NCBI GenBank assembly: GCA_964511965.1
Contig: CAZEGF010000006.1
Coordinates: 18,015-82,014, forward strand
DNA from: an uncultured Gammaproteobacteria bacterium
GTDB lineage: Bacteria > Patescibacteriota > Microgenomatia > Levybacterales > GWA1-39-11
Length of the DNA: 64,000 bases
Direction of reading: 5' to 3'
Shown: positions 1-10,483 of the stretch, piece after piece
Layout: the number at the start of each line of letters is the position of its first letter
Position numbering within the stretch: the first letter of the stretch is position 1
The notes under the pieces: generated by a model
Database searches by the model: none
The model's input: the letters and a program-made list of their open reading frames with translations, nothing else
What the model was told of the DNA's origin: nothing
Translations under genes and position numbers: made by a program

Positions 1-1
1 A

Positions 2-931
2 GCCCTTGATGAAAATACCCCAGGGCTTGATACTTTCAACGTGGTAATCACATTCATCCATACACAGTTTAATAAAGAACTTTTGGACAAAATGCCAAAT
101 CTTAAATTTATTTCAACAATGTCAACGGGATTTGATCATATCGACACTGATGAATGTAAAAATAGAAATATAATCGTTTCAAACGTTCCAACATATGGAG
201 AAACTATCGTTGCTGAGCATACATTTGCATTACTTTTAGCAATATCAAGAAGGATTCCCGAATCCTTAGAAAGAGTTAAGGAAGGCAATTTTATGCCGTC
301 TGGTTTAACCGGATTTGAGCTTCGTGGAAAAACAATCGGAGTTATTGGGGTAGGAAGCATTGGAAGCAACGTAATAAGAATTGCAAGAGGATTTGGAATG
401 AATGCAATCGTATATAAAAGAACCCCTGATTATGCTTTGGAAAAAGAATTGGGTTGTAAATTCGTTGAGCTAACTGTTTTATATCAACAGTCAGATATTG
501 TTTCGCTTCATATACCTTATTCAAAGGAAACACATCATTATGTTGGGGAAGAACAATTCAACCAAATGAAGGATGGGGTTATAATCATAAATACAGCAAG
601 AGGAGCTTTAATTGATAGTATGGCTTTACTTAAAGCATTGGAATCAGGAAAAGTAAAAGCAGCAGGGCTCGATGTTTTAGAAGAAGAACCTCTTCTTGAG
701 GAAGAGAAAGATCTTCTATCCCAGTCGTTTGATAAAGATAAGTTGATGACAATACTTGAAGGTCATATGCTCGTAAATCATCCAAATGTTCTTGTTACCC
801 CACACAATGCATTTAATAGTACTGAGGCGTTGCATAAAATTGTTGAGACAACTCATCAGAATCTGACCGGCTTTATGAATAATATGCCTTTAAATGTAGT
901 TCCTGCTCCTAGGGAAGAACACCACACTTAA
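2..931 (+). CDS. D-isomer specific 2-hydroxyacid dehydrogenase (D-lactate dehydrogenase-like), 5'-truncated by window edge
   Basis: STGFDHID, VSNVPTYG, Rossmann GVIGVGSIG, INTARG, LDVLEEEP, TPHNAF motifs; frame open back to base 2. Confidence 0.9.
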   Translation, partial: ALDENTPGLDTFNVVITFIHTQFNKELLDKMPNLKFISTMSTGFDHIDTDECKNRNIIVSNVPTYGETIVAEHTFALLLAISRRIPESLERVKEGNFMPSGLTGFELRGKTIGVIGVGSIGSNVIRIARGFGMNAIVYKRTPDYALEKELGCKFVELTVLYQQSDIVSLHIPYSKETHHYVGEEQFNQMKDGVIIINTARGALIDSMALLKALESGKVKAAGLDVLEEEPLLEEEKDLLSQSFDKDKLMTILEGHMLVNHPNVLVTPHNAFNSTEALHKIVETTHQNLTGFMNNMPLNVVPAPREEHHT

Positions 932-981
932 ATTTCTTAAATTAATTTACTTCAGGTATAATATGATTCTAAGTATTTACT

Positions 982-2037
982 ATGATATTTCAAGAATATG
1001 CATTAGAAAGTCGAAAATTAATTGAGAATCATTTAAAGCAAATTCTCCATGCACAAAGAGAGTTATTACCTCAGTCTTTACAAAAACAAAAAATAATTGA
1101 ATCTCTGGAAGAATTCGTTTTCAAAGGCAAGCTGATACGAGGGACATTGTATTTACTAACGATAGAAATGTTTGGGGGATCTATAACAAAAAAACACTTA
1201 GATATAGCTTGTGCAATAGAGCTTGTTCATTCTTCATTATTAATCCAAGACGATATTATCGACAACGATTATTTTCGACGTGGTGGTAAGACTATTTTTG
1301 CTGTTTACGAAGAGAAAGGACACGAAGTAGAAGCAATTGATGCTAGGCATTTTGGGTTATCAATTGCATTGCTGGTTGCTGATGTTTCGTTTTACTTAGC
1401 AATGGAGTTAATTTCCAATTTTGACTCGGATGTCGTTGGTAAAATGATGAAATATTTTTCACAAGAAATTACAAAAGTTGCTCTTGCTGAGGGAATTGAT
1501 TCGGAATTTGGTCAGACAAAAGAAGAAGCAACAAAAGATGAAATTATCGATATTTATACATTTAAAACTGCGAGATATACTTTTTCACTCCCATTAGTAC
1601 TTGCTTGTTTGGCATTGAAAAAAGACGAAAAAACCCTAAAAGAAATTGATACTCTCGGAGAGTATGTGGGTACAATTTTTCAAATAAAAGACGACGTTAT
1701 TGGTCTTATAGGTGATGAAAAAGAAATTGGTAAACCGGTTGGATCTGATGTTCGGGAAAACAAAAAAACGCTTATTAGATTTTTATTATTTGAAAAAGTA
1801 GATGATGATGAAAAAAATACAATCAAAAGGTTATTTGGAAATGAAAATTTCACTAGAGAAGATTTGGAATATATAAAAGATTTAGTTTCAAAATATAAGA
1901 TAATTGACATATTAAATTCCGATATTAAAAAAATAATGGATAAAGCCTGGGATTTATTTAATAGTTTAGACATAAATAATGAAAAAAAAGAGGTTCTTAA
2001 AAATCTTTTCGAATTCAATCTAAATAGAACAGCTTAA
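982..2037 (+). CDS. polyprenyl diphosphate synthase (IspA/GGPP synthase family)
   Basis: GKLIRG, first Asp-rich motif LIQDDIIDND..RRG, KTARY, FQIKDD, GKPVGSDVRENKKT. Confidence 0.9.
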   Translation: MIFQEYALESRKLIENHLKQILHAQRELLPQSLQKQKIIESLEEFVFKGKLIRGTLYLLTIEMFGGSITKKHLDIACAIELVHSSLLIQDDIIDNDYFRRGGKTIFAVYEEKGHEVEAIDARHFGLSIALLVADVSFYLAMELISNFDSDVVGKMMKYFSQEITKVALAEGIDSEFGQTKEEATKDEIIDIYTFKTARYTFSLPLVLACLALKKDEKTLKEIDTLGEYVGTIFQIKDDVIGLIGDEKEIGKPVGSDVRENKKTLIRFLLFEKVDDDEKNTIKRLFGNENFTREDLEYIKDLVSKYKIIDILNSDIKKIMDKAWDLFNSLDINNEKKEVLKNLFEFNLNRTA

Positions 2038-2072
2038 TTTGAATAATAAAATCATTGGAATATAATAAGGAT

Positions 2073-2405
2073 ATGAATTTAATACTTCGCCTAATCATTC
2101 TTATCATTTCTGTTTTTGTTGCCGCATTTATTATTCCAGGAGTTGCAATTGATTCGACAACAACCCTTATTGTTGTATCAATTGTTTTGGGTCTTGTTAA
2201 TACGTTTCTAAAACCAGTTCTTATTATCCTTACTATTCCTTTAACAATCCTTACTCTTGGTATATTTCTCTTAATACTTAATGGACTACTAGTTTTGTTG
2301 GTGGGATCAATTGTCCCGGGGTTTCATGTAAGTGGAATTTTGACAGCTATACTATTTAGTATCGTAGTATCTTTGGTGTCCTCATTACTTTCAAGTTTGT
2401 CTTAA
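2073..2405 (+). CDS. 4-TM membrane protein, YvlD/DUF360 (phage-holin-like) family
   Basis: GLVNTFLKPVLIILTIPLTILTLGIFLLILNG signature; ATG 2073 chosen because TATAAT lies at 2061-2066. Confidence 0.8.
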   Translation: MNLILRLIILIISVFVAAFIIPGVAIDSTTTLIVVSIVLGLVNTFLKPVLIILTIPLTILTLGIFLLILNGLLVLLVGSIVPGFHVSGILTAILFSIVVSLVSSLLSSLS

Positions 2406-2423
2406 GGTTAGTGCGAATACACC

Positions 2424-2864
2424 TTATAGTCCCTGAATGTCCGTATTCAATTGAGTGCTGTCACTATCCGGATTTGGAACAGGAGTAAGTAATATTTCCT
2501 CATCTGTTGGAGTTACTGTGGGAGTTACCGGTGGTGTTGTTGGTTGAATTACTTGTTGTTGAACCGGTGGTGTTGTTTTTGCCGGTTGGCCGGTTGACTG
2601 CTTCATAATAATGTAATACAAAGCACCCAAAACAATAATTAACGTTACTAAAATAAAGGCAACAATCAAAAGTCCATTGTTTTTCTTACCTGGTGAAGGA
2701 GGGGCGACAACCGGAGCCGTTGCTATCGGTGGTGGAGGTGTTGGTGGAACAGCAGCAGTCGGAACAGTTGCATCGGTTGGGGGTGCAACAGGAGTTACCT
2801 GAGGTGGAGGTGTAGTTGCTCCTTCTGGTGGTGTTGTTGGTTGTGTTTGATCTTTATTTTCCAT
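2424..2864 (-). CDS. hypothetical Pro/Thr-rich single-pass membrane protein
   Basis: 146 aa ORF, P/T-rich ends, one hydrophobic helix. Confidence 0.7.
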   Translation of the reverse strand: MENKDQTQPTTPPEGATTPPPQVTPVAPPTDATVPTAAVPPTPPPPIATAPVVAPPSPGKKNNGLLIVAFILVTLIIVLGALYYIIMKQSTGQPAKTTPPVQQQVIQPTTPPVTPTVTPTDEEILLTPVPNPDSDSTQLNTDIQGL

Positions 2865-2872
2865 AGGTCTCC

Positions 2873-3619
2873 TTACGGTTTTGGTGTAACTGACGTTGTT
2901 ACTACAGGTGTCGTAGTTACAGTTGTGGTTGGGGTTGGTGAAACTCCTGTAAGTTTGGCAAGATCAGTATGAGCTTTAAGGACTGCAGCCTGGGCTGCAA
3001 CAACTTTAGTAAATACCGCTTTTATGTCTGTCATAAATTGCTTAATTGTACTTGAAACATTTGTTTTAAGAGCAGTATCGGTAGTTAGCGTTACTACATA
3101 ATCCTTTGCTGCTTGATCACTTACAGCTGTTATAGCAAGATTAATCGCTGCTGTTGCATTAGTGATATCATTTTTTAGTGTAGCCGTATTTTTACCGGCA
3201 GCAGCTAGCTCTCCTTCTTTAGTTGAGATTTTTGTAAGAATTGTAGTTAATCTCTCTAATCTTTTTGACATTTCATCTGTTCTATTTTTGTTAATGTTGT
3301 TAATTCTTGCGTCAATGTTTGTAACTATTGATTGTTTTTTAGCGTCTTTAATTTCAAGGACTTTTGTCTTAAATTCTGTTCTTGCAGCCTCCATTTTGTC
3401 ATGCAACTCGGTTTTCGCGTCCTTCATAGCTTCATGAATTGTGGGGCGGACTTTAAGCATTTCGCGCTTGGTTGTTGCTGTGGGAGTAACCGATGTAGCT
3501 GCAAGAGAAGTTTCGGTAGTAGATGTAGTAGAAACCGTATTTGATTCTTGCGCAAATGCAAAAGCTGGGGAGATGCCGAAAATTAAGACAGAAAATATAA
3601 CGAGCAGTTTATTTCGCAT
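2873..3619 (-). CDS. secreted coiled-coil hypothetical protein
   Basis: signal peptide MRNKLLVIFSVLIFGISPAFAFA, helical core, T/P-rich tails; start 3619 with TATCAT 6 nt upstream. Confidence 0.75.
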   Translation of the reverse strand: MRNKLLVIFSVLIFGISPAFAFAQESNTVSTTSTTETSLAATSVTPTATTKREMLKVRPTIHEAMKDAKTELHDKMEAARTEFKTKVLEIKDAKKQSIVTNIDARINNINKNRTDEMSKRLERLTTILTKISTKEGELAAAGKNTATLKNDITNATAAINLAITAVSDQAAKDYVVTLTTDTALKTNVSSTIKQFMTDIKAVFTKVVAAQAAVLKAHTDLAKLTGVSPTPTTTVTTTPVVTTSVTPKP

Positions 3620-3673
3620 ATACCCATGATAGTAAAAAAGAGGTTGTTGTGTCAAGTTTTGAGGTTTGGTTTT

Positions 3674-3793
3674 ACGGGTCCTTACTCTCCTCACCCCCAT
3701 TTGCGATTCTTAACACCGGCTCTAATTGTATAGAAAAATATTTGTTCGCTTGTGTTAGATTCTCAATGGGGGTCCCCCAGTCGAGCCACCCGT
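3674..3793. repeat. long imperfect intergenic inverted repeat (MITE/hairpin-like)
   Basis: ACGGGT 3674-3679 / ACCCGT 3788-3793 and ACCCCCATT..TAACAC 3693-3716 / GTGTTA..AATGGGGGT 3752-3773. Confidence 0.5.
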
Positions 3794-4939
<1,146 letters not shown>

Positions 4940-4998
4940 TTACACGAAGTGAAGCTTGCTTACCAGATAATTGTTTATAATTATGATATAACTCGTTT

Positions 4999-5565
4999 AT
5001 GGCAAAAGCATATGAACATGAAGTGGAAATCAAAGTAAAGGTCCAAAGTCTTGACGATTTACATAGCAAACTTGTCAAATTAGGATTCGTGTTTGATGAA
5101 CCAGTGGTCCAGAAAGATGTGATATTTATCAACATACTAGATGGATGGCCTGAATTTAATCCAAATAGAATAGCACTTAGAATACGGGAGGAAAATAACA
5201 AAATACTTTTTACTTTTAAAAGACCAGTCGCAAACGAACTGGATAAAATAGAGCGAGAAACAGAAATAGGCGATGCATCTAAAATGCGCGATATTATTTT
5301 ATTTTTGGGTTTTACAGAGATTTCAAAGGTTAATAAAAAAAGAATAACTGCTGAGAAAAACGATATAAGTATCTGTCTTGACGAAGTTGAGAATCTTGGA
5401 AGTTTTATAGAAATAGAAAAACTAACGGACGGAAAAGCTAGTGAAAAAGTTCAACAAGAGCTGATGGATTTCTTGAACAGTTTAGGAATAGAAAGCTCGG
5501 AAAGAATAACTCAGGGTTATGATACTATGATGGCTTCGCTTATCTCTTCTCAAAATACAAAGTGA
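4999..5565 (+). CDS. CYTH / class IV adenylate cyclase family protein
   Basis: EVEIKVKV, LRIR, K..ERET, KKR, LDEVENLGSFIEIE, terminal GY. Confidence 0.88.
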   Translation: MAKAYEHEVEIKVKVQSLDDLHSKLVKLGFVFDEPVVQKDVIFINILDGWPEFNPNRIALRIREENNKILFTFKRPVANELDKIERETEIGDASKMRDIILFLGFTEISKVNKKRITAEKNDISICLDEVENLGSFIEIEKLTDGKASEKVQQELMDFLNSLGIESSERITQGYDTMMASLISSQNTK

Positions 5566-6316
5566 CTGAGGAGGAGATGGTTTGAGTTCCGGGTTGCAAG
5601 TCTGCTGATGGTGCATTTCCACCACCAAGGCTTACAGCTTCAGTCTTATACATCATAGGAAATGGACCATTATCATTTGTTGACTCAACAATATTTGTTA
5701 CTTTTCCAAGTCTTATCCCCAACTCATTTGCCAATTTTTGTGCTTGCTCTTTTGCATTAGCAATCGCTTTGTTTCGGGCTTGTTCTCTGTATTTTTCAGG
5801 TGATTCTACCGAATAATTTGTTCCCATAACTTGATTTGCGCCGCCTTTTGTTGCAGCGGCAATAACATCTGGAAGCTTTGACGTGTCTTTGACTTTAACG
5901 GTTACCGTTGTATTACCATTGTAGCCGGTGATTGTTCCAGCTCCACCTTTTGTATAGTCGTAGTTAGGCATGATCGAGTAATTTGAAGTCTTGATATCTT
6001 TTTTATCAATTCCAAGTTGGGTTAGATTTTCAACTATTGCATTATTGACTTTATTGATTTGATTTTGTGCATCATCAACGGACTTTGCGTCATTTGTAAC
6101 AATTCCAAGATCAACAGAGGCATTATTTGGAGTTATATCAATTTTTCCTTCTCCAACGACAGCAAGTTCTCCAGAAGCTTGACTGGAGGAAATTTTTAAG
6201 GGGTAGGAAATATTGAAATAGTTAACAATCCACAAAAATAAGACGGTTAATATCAATATCCAGGCGTAATTAGCAATTAATTTGTTTTCCTTGAAGTAAT
6301 TTTTATAATCTGTCAT
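5540..6316 (-). CDS. SIMPL domain (DUF541) protein
   Basis: N-terminal TM, VVGEGKIDITP, IKTSNYSIMPNY, AIANAKEQAQKLA, PGTQTISSSVTLYF. Confidence 0.88.
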   Translation of the reverse strand: MTDYKNYFKENKLIANYAWILILTVLFLWIVNYFNISYPLKISSSQASGELAVVGEGKIDITPNNASVDLGIVTNDAKSVDDAQNQINKVNNAIVENLTQLGIDKKDIKTSNYSIMPNYDYTKGGAGTITGYNGNTTVTVKVKDTSKLPDVIAAATKGGANQVMGTNYSVESPEKYREQARNKAIANAKEQAQKLANELGIRLGKVTNIVESTNDNGPFPMMYKTEAVSLGGGNAPSADLQPGTQTISSSVTLYFEKR

Positions 6317-6348
6317 ATATATATCTTATAAAAAAAATGATCTTAAAA

Positions 6349-7167
6349 TCAAGACTTGAGAGAGATACTGTTGCCTATTTTTTCAACAAATCCTTCCTTT
6401 ATTAATTGTTTGATTGCTTGGTTGTAGAACTCTTTGTTTTCAAACTGTTTCGAAAGTGCGGTTTCAGACATTACCTTTTCCAGCAGGAGTTTTAATATCG
6501 CTCCTCTTACTTGCCGTATCGACCCTTCAAATTTTGACTGCTTTGAATACGTCTCACTTTTCCTATTAGGGTTAGTTGTCGTTTTTCCTATATAGGCGCC
6601 GTAATCCATCAACGCATAATACCAGTCTCGTGGATTTTTGGTGTCTAAAGAGTTTTCAATGAATGGGTAAATTTGCTGATCACTGACTTTTTCTTTTTCA
6701 CGGAAAAATTCGTGGATAAAAACCCTTCGGATATTTGTTTCAATAAAGACAACAGGCAGGTTATAGGCAAATGCCATTACCGCACCTGCAGTATTCGGTC
6801 CCACCCCGGGAAGCTTTACTAGTTCCTCTTTGAGGCTGGGAAACGCATTATTATACGTTTCACAAATTATTTCAGCTGTGCGTTTCAGATACAGAGCGCG
6901 TCTATTGTAACCTAAGCCTTGCCATAGTCTTAATACATCTGATGTGGAAGCTTTTGACAAATGTGAAACGCTAGGTAAGGCATGAATAAAGTCTGCATAT
7001 TTTTCAATTACACGACCAGTTTGGGTCTGCTGCAGCATCATTTCAGAAACGATTATCTTGTAGGGATCGGTAGTGTTTCGCCAATCAAATTCTCGTTTGT
7101 TTTCTTTATAAAAAGTATAAATTTTCTTTTTAAATCCGGGGATTTTTTGAAGTACCCTTTTTTTCAT
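6349..7167 (-). CDS. mutY: A/G-specific adenine glycosylase (MutY-like HhH-GPD)
   Basis: FDWRNTTDPY, VSEMMLQQTQ, WQGLGYNRRA, LPGVGPNTAGA; no Fe-S Cys motif. Confidence 0.85.
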   Translation of the reverse strand: MKKRVLQKIPGFKKKIYTFYKENKREFDWRNTTDPYKIIVSEMMLQQTQTGRVIEKYADFIHALPSVSHLSKASTSDVLRLWQGLGYNRRALYLKRTAEIICETYNNAFPSLKEELVKLPGVGPNTAGAVMAFAYNLPVVFIETNIRRVFIHEFFREKEKVSDQQIYPFIENSLDTKNPRDWYYALMDYGAYIGKTTTNPNRKSETYSKQSKFEGSIRQVRGAILKLLLEKVMSETALSKQFENKEFYNQAIKQLIKEGFVEKIGNSISLKS

Positions 7168-10100
7168 AGTCGTGTCTGTACACAATGAAGTACATTACCG
7201 GTATGAAGAATAACATGATAATTCCTGAAAAAGAAAGCCCGGCAATAATTGCCCCACCCAGTCCCCGCCAGAGAGGATTGGATAGAGATATTGGGATAAG
7301 CCCCACAATGGTGGTAAATGAGCCTATAAAGACGGGTTCTAACCTACTTGCCGCTCCATCCGCAATTGCCTCTTTAAATGGCATTCCGAAAGACAAATTT
7401 CTATTGAATTTATCAACCAAAAACATGGCGTGTGTTACCACGATTCCAAATAGAGAAAGAACTCCAATAAGAGCAGGGAACGACAATGGAGTTCCGGTTA
7501 TTGCAAAGACAATAAATACTCCGGAAACTGCAAGCGGGATAACAAGCATAACAATAAGTGCCTTTCTATAGCTTCGGAATTGGATAACCATGGTTGCCAA
7601 AATAAGAATTCCGGCAAGGATCATCGACTGCAGAATTGAGGTAACTGATTTTTGATTTTCTTCATTTACTCCACCAGTTCTATACTCATATCCGTCGGAT
7701 AACTTAAGTCCGTCAACGTATTTGAGAAGATTTTCATTAGCTTTAGAAACCGAATATCCCTTGCTAACCCCAGCACTTACCGAAATTGTTCTTTTTGTAT
7801 CTAAGTGAGTTATAGCAGTAGGGTTAGTATCAAGCTTTAAGGTACCTAAAGAAAGTAGTGGAACATAGCCCCTATCGCTGTCAGGAATTGATAGACGGGA
7901 AAGATCCTCAGGGCTTTGAGTGTCAGCATTCATCCGAAATACAATGTCTTTTGAATCTTTTTCGCCAAATTTAACGCTTTTAAAAGTAAGTCCGGTTGTA
8001 AAAGTTCTGAGCCAAATACCTAGTGAATCTTGTGTTATGCCTGATGAAGCAAGTTTTGATGGATCGGGAACAAAAGTAAGTTTTGAAGTTCCCGGATTTA
8101 CACTTTTTGTAACATTAATTGTACCCGGCTGTTTTTGGAGATAAAGCATAATCTTGTCAGCATAACCGTCTAATGTTGCAAGGTCATCTCCCAGTAATTG
8201 TACTTGTACTTCAGCACCTGCAGGTGGGCCACCTGAAAGCTCAACAACCGACACTTTACCCTCGCTTTTAATATGTTTTAATTCTTCCCGGATATTATTT
8301 GCAATAGTTAGTGAGTCCATTTTCCGTTCGTTTTTTGAAGGCAACGAAAGCGTAAATAGAGTTACGTTACTGCCTGATCTAAAATCCTGTGCTCCGGCAT
8401 CAATACCTTTTCCAATTTCAGCACTCACATATTCAATACCTTTTGTTTTTCTTAATTTGTCAAGAAGTGATTGAGTAGCACGGGTTACCTCAGGAGTATT
8501 TGTTCCACTAGGTAATTCTAAATTTACATAAATATAGTCATTTCCACTTTTAGGAAAAAACTCATTTGTAACAAAGCCAAAAGGTACTAACAGATAAGAA
8601 AAAATCGAAAATACAACTACTGCAGTAAGAACTTTTTTTCGAGCATTTTTTGAAGAAAGAATTCGGATGATAATTCTTTTGTAATATTCTGCAAAATGCT
8701 CGATATCAATAATTCTGTCGTTAAAACGGGAAGCAAAAACTTTTGTTTTTTTGATCCGATGTCCTCCAACAAAACTTTCAAATTTATTATATAAAACGGT
8801 TCTTGTTCGAATTGAGATGTAGGCAAAAAGAGCTGAAAGTAAAAGAATAAAAACCACAAAAGGATTGCCTTTGAAAAGTGACAGTATTAAAAATGCGACA
8901 AGAAAAACGCTCACAATTTTAAGAAGCACAACGACCCTTCTTGGCATGCTAAATTTAAGAACTAATATCATTAGAGGAATTGTGATAAGAACTGCAATTG
9001 CAGTTGAAGAGTAGAGAGTTGTAGCAACAACAATTGGTATAGTTTTAATAAATTCACCAATAATCCCTTTCGACAAAAGCAATGGCAAAAATGCCCATGA
9101 AGTTGTAATTGTCGTGCTCCAAATTGGCACAATAAGATCACGCCATACTAAAAGTCCCGTCTCTTGAGGAGTGAATTTTTTCGTTCTGTAGTAAGAAGTC
9201 ATGCCGGTTACAACAACTATCGTGTCATCAACTAAAAGTCCAAGAGCAAGAAGCAAAGAAAATAAAGTCAAAAAGTTGAGAGAAAGTCCCACGCTGTGAA
9301 TAACGGTAAATGTAACAAGAAATGTGAGAGGGATTGTGAGCACTGCAATGAGTGCTTGTCTTATACCGAGAAAAACAAGAAAAGTTATAAATACCAAAAT
9401 AAGAGTATCACGAAAGCTACCGGTTAAATTGCCAAATTCGTCTTCGATAAGATGTGAAGAGTCGGTAATACTTATTACTTTAAAATCATTTTTGTAGGGT
9501 TTTATTGCATCTTCAACAATTTTTTTGGTTCTCTTAGAGCCCTCATCAATTGTTGCAGTACTGTTTTTATAAACAGAAAATGTTGCAACAGTAGATCCCT
9601 TCGAGTTGTTGTCTGCAATAAATGCTTTTTGAAGACCCGGTTTTGTTTTTTCTGAAATAGTGGCAATTTCTGAAAGTTTTACTTGCTCACCTTCGACTTT
9701 TAAAGTAACATTGCGAAGATCTTCTGTTGAGGCAACGGATGGATTTATACCAACAGGAAACGATAAATTTTGAGAATTAACAGACCCCGATGGGTAGGAG
9801 GCAAGAAGAGTTCTTATTGTACCTGAAAGTGCTAAGGGGTTCAGACCATTATTAGTTATCTTTTCCGGATCGGCTAAAATTTGAATTTCTTGATCTTCAA
9901 TTCCCGAAACTGTTACTCTGTCAATTATCGTGTCATTTTCAAGCTTGTCTTTTAGCTGTTTTGAAAACCTATATAGCGAAGCCGGATCATCACCTTTTAT
10001 AGCAAAAATCCAGATGGGTTGATCTTCAAAATCAAATTTTCTGACAATTGGACTTTTGGCATCTTCAGGAAGATCGGTTACCGTATCGACAGATGATTTA

Positions 10101-10477
10101 AGATCTGCTTCTGCCTTCTCAGGACTAATATTTGAACTAAACTCTGCGATAATGGTTGATACGGATTCGTTAGAACTTGAATTAAGAGTTGTAATTCCTT
10201 TCGTTCCTTTAATCGCATCTTCAATTGGATTTGTGACAAGTTCTTCAACATCCTTTGGACTTGCACCTGGAAGAACGGTTGTTACTGCAACAATTGGAAT
10301 TTTAACTTCAGGATTAAGCCTTCTGGGAAGCGTTAGAAAACTTGTAACCCCTGTTGCAATTATCAAAAATAACAACAGAAGAACAATTCTGACGTTAGAT
10401 AAATATTTTGCCTTAAAGGATGTTAAAAGAGCCGGATCAAACTTAAGGCGTGACAGGTATGAATTTTTTTTCTCCAT
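7130..10477 (-). CDS. RND efflux permease (AcrB/AcrD/AcrF family)
   Basis: 1115 aa, PGASPKDVEELVTNPIED, LGLLVDDTIVV, RLEPVFIGSFTTIVGLIP, two TM bundles. Confidence 0.93.
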   Translation of the reverse strand: MEKKNSYLSRLKFDPALLTSFKAKYLSNVRIVLLLLFLIIATGVTSFLTLPRRLNPEVKIPIVAVTTVLPGASPKDVEELVTNPIEDAIKGTKGITTLNSSSNESVSTIIAEFSSNISPEKAEADLKSSVDTVTDLPEDAKSPIVRKFDFEDQPIWIFAIKGDDPASLYRFSKQLKDKLENDTIIDRVTVSGIEDQEIQILADPEKITNNGLNPLALSGTIRTLLASYPSGSVNSQNLSFPVGINPSVASTEDLRNVTLKVEGEQVKLSEIATISEKTKPGLQKAFIADNNSKGSTVATFSVYKNSTATIDEGSKRTKKIVEDAIKPYKNDFKVISITDSSHLIEDEFGNLTGSFRDTLILVFITFLVFLGIRQALIAVLTIPLTFLVTFTVIHSVGLSLNFLTLFSLLLALGLLVDDTIVVVTGMTSYYRTKKFTPQETGLLVWRDLIVPIWSTTITTSWAFLPLLLSKGIIGEFIKTIPIVVATTLYSSTAIAVLITIPLMILVLKFSMPRRVVVLLKIVSVFLVAFLILSLFKGNPFVVFILLLSALFAYISIRTRTVLYNKFESFVGGHRIKKTKVFASRFNDRIIDIEHFAEYYKRIIIRILSSKNARKKVLTAVVVFSIFSYLLVPFGFVTNEFFPKSGNDYIYVNLELPSGTNTPEVTRATQSLLDKLRKTKGIEYVSAEIGKGIDAGAQDFRSGSNVTLFTLSLPSKNERKMDSLTIANNIREELKHIKSEGKVSVVELSGGPPAGAEVQVQLLGDDLATLDGYADKIMLYLQKQPGTINVTKSVNPGTSKLTFVPDPSKLASSGITQDSLGIWLRTFTTGLTFKSVKFGEKDSKDIVFRMNADTQSPEDLSRLSIPDSDRGYVPLLSLGTLKLDTNPTAITHLDTKRTISVSAGVSKGYSVSKANENLLKYVDGLKLSDGYEYRTGGVNEENQKSVTSILQSMILAGILILATMVIQFRSYRKALIVMLVIPLAVSGVFIVFAITGTPLSFPALIGVLSLFGIVVTHAMFLVDKFNRNLSFGMPFKEAIADGAASRLEPVFIGSFTTIVGLIPISLSNPLWRGLGGAIIAGLSFSGIIMLFFIPVMYFIVYRHDYEKKGTSKNPRI

Positions 10478-10483
10478 GAGAAG

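Noticed and set aside
2073-2405. Prophage suggested by the holin-like and baseplate-like annotations
   Set aside because: Both are isolated among housekeeping genes; no terminase, capsid or integrase in the window
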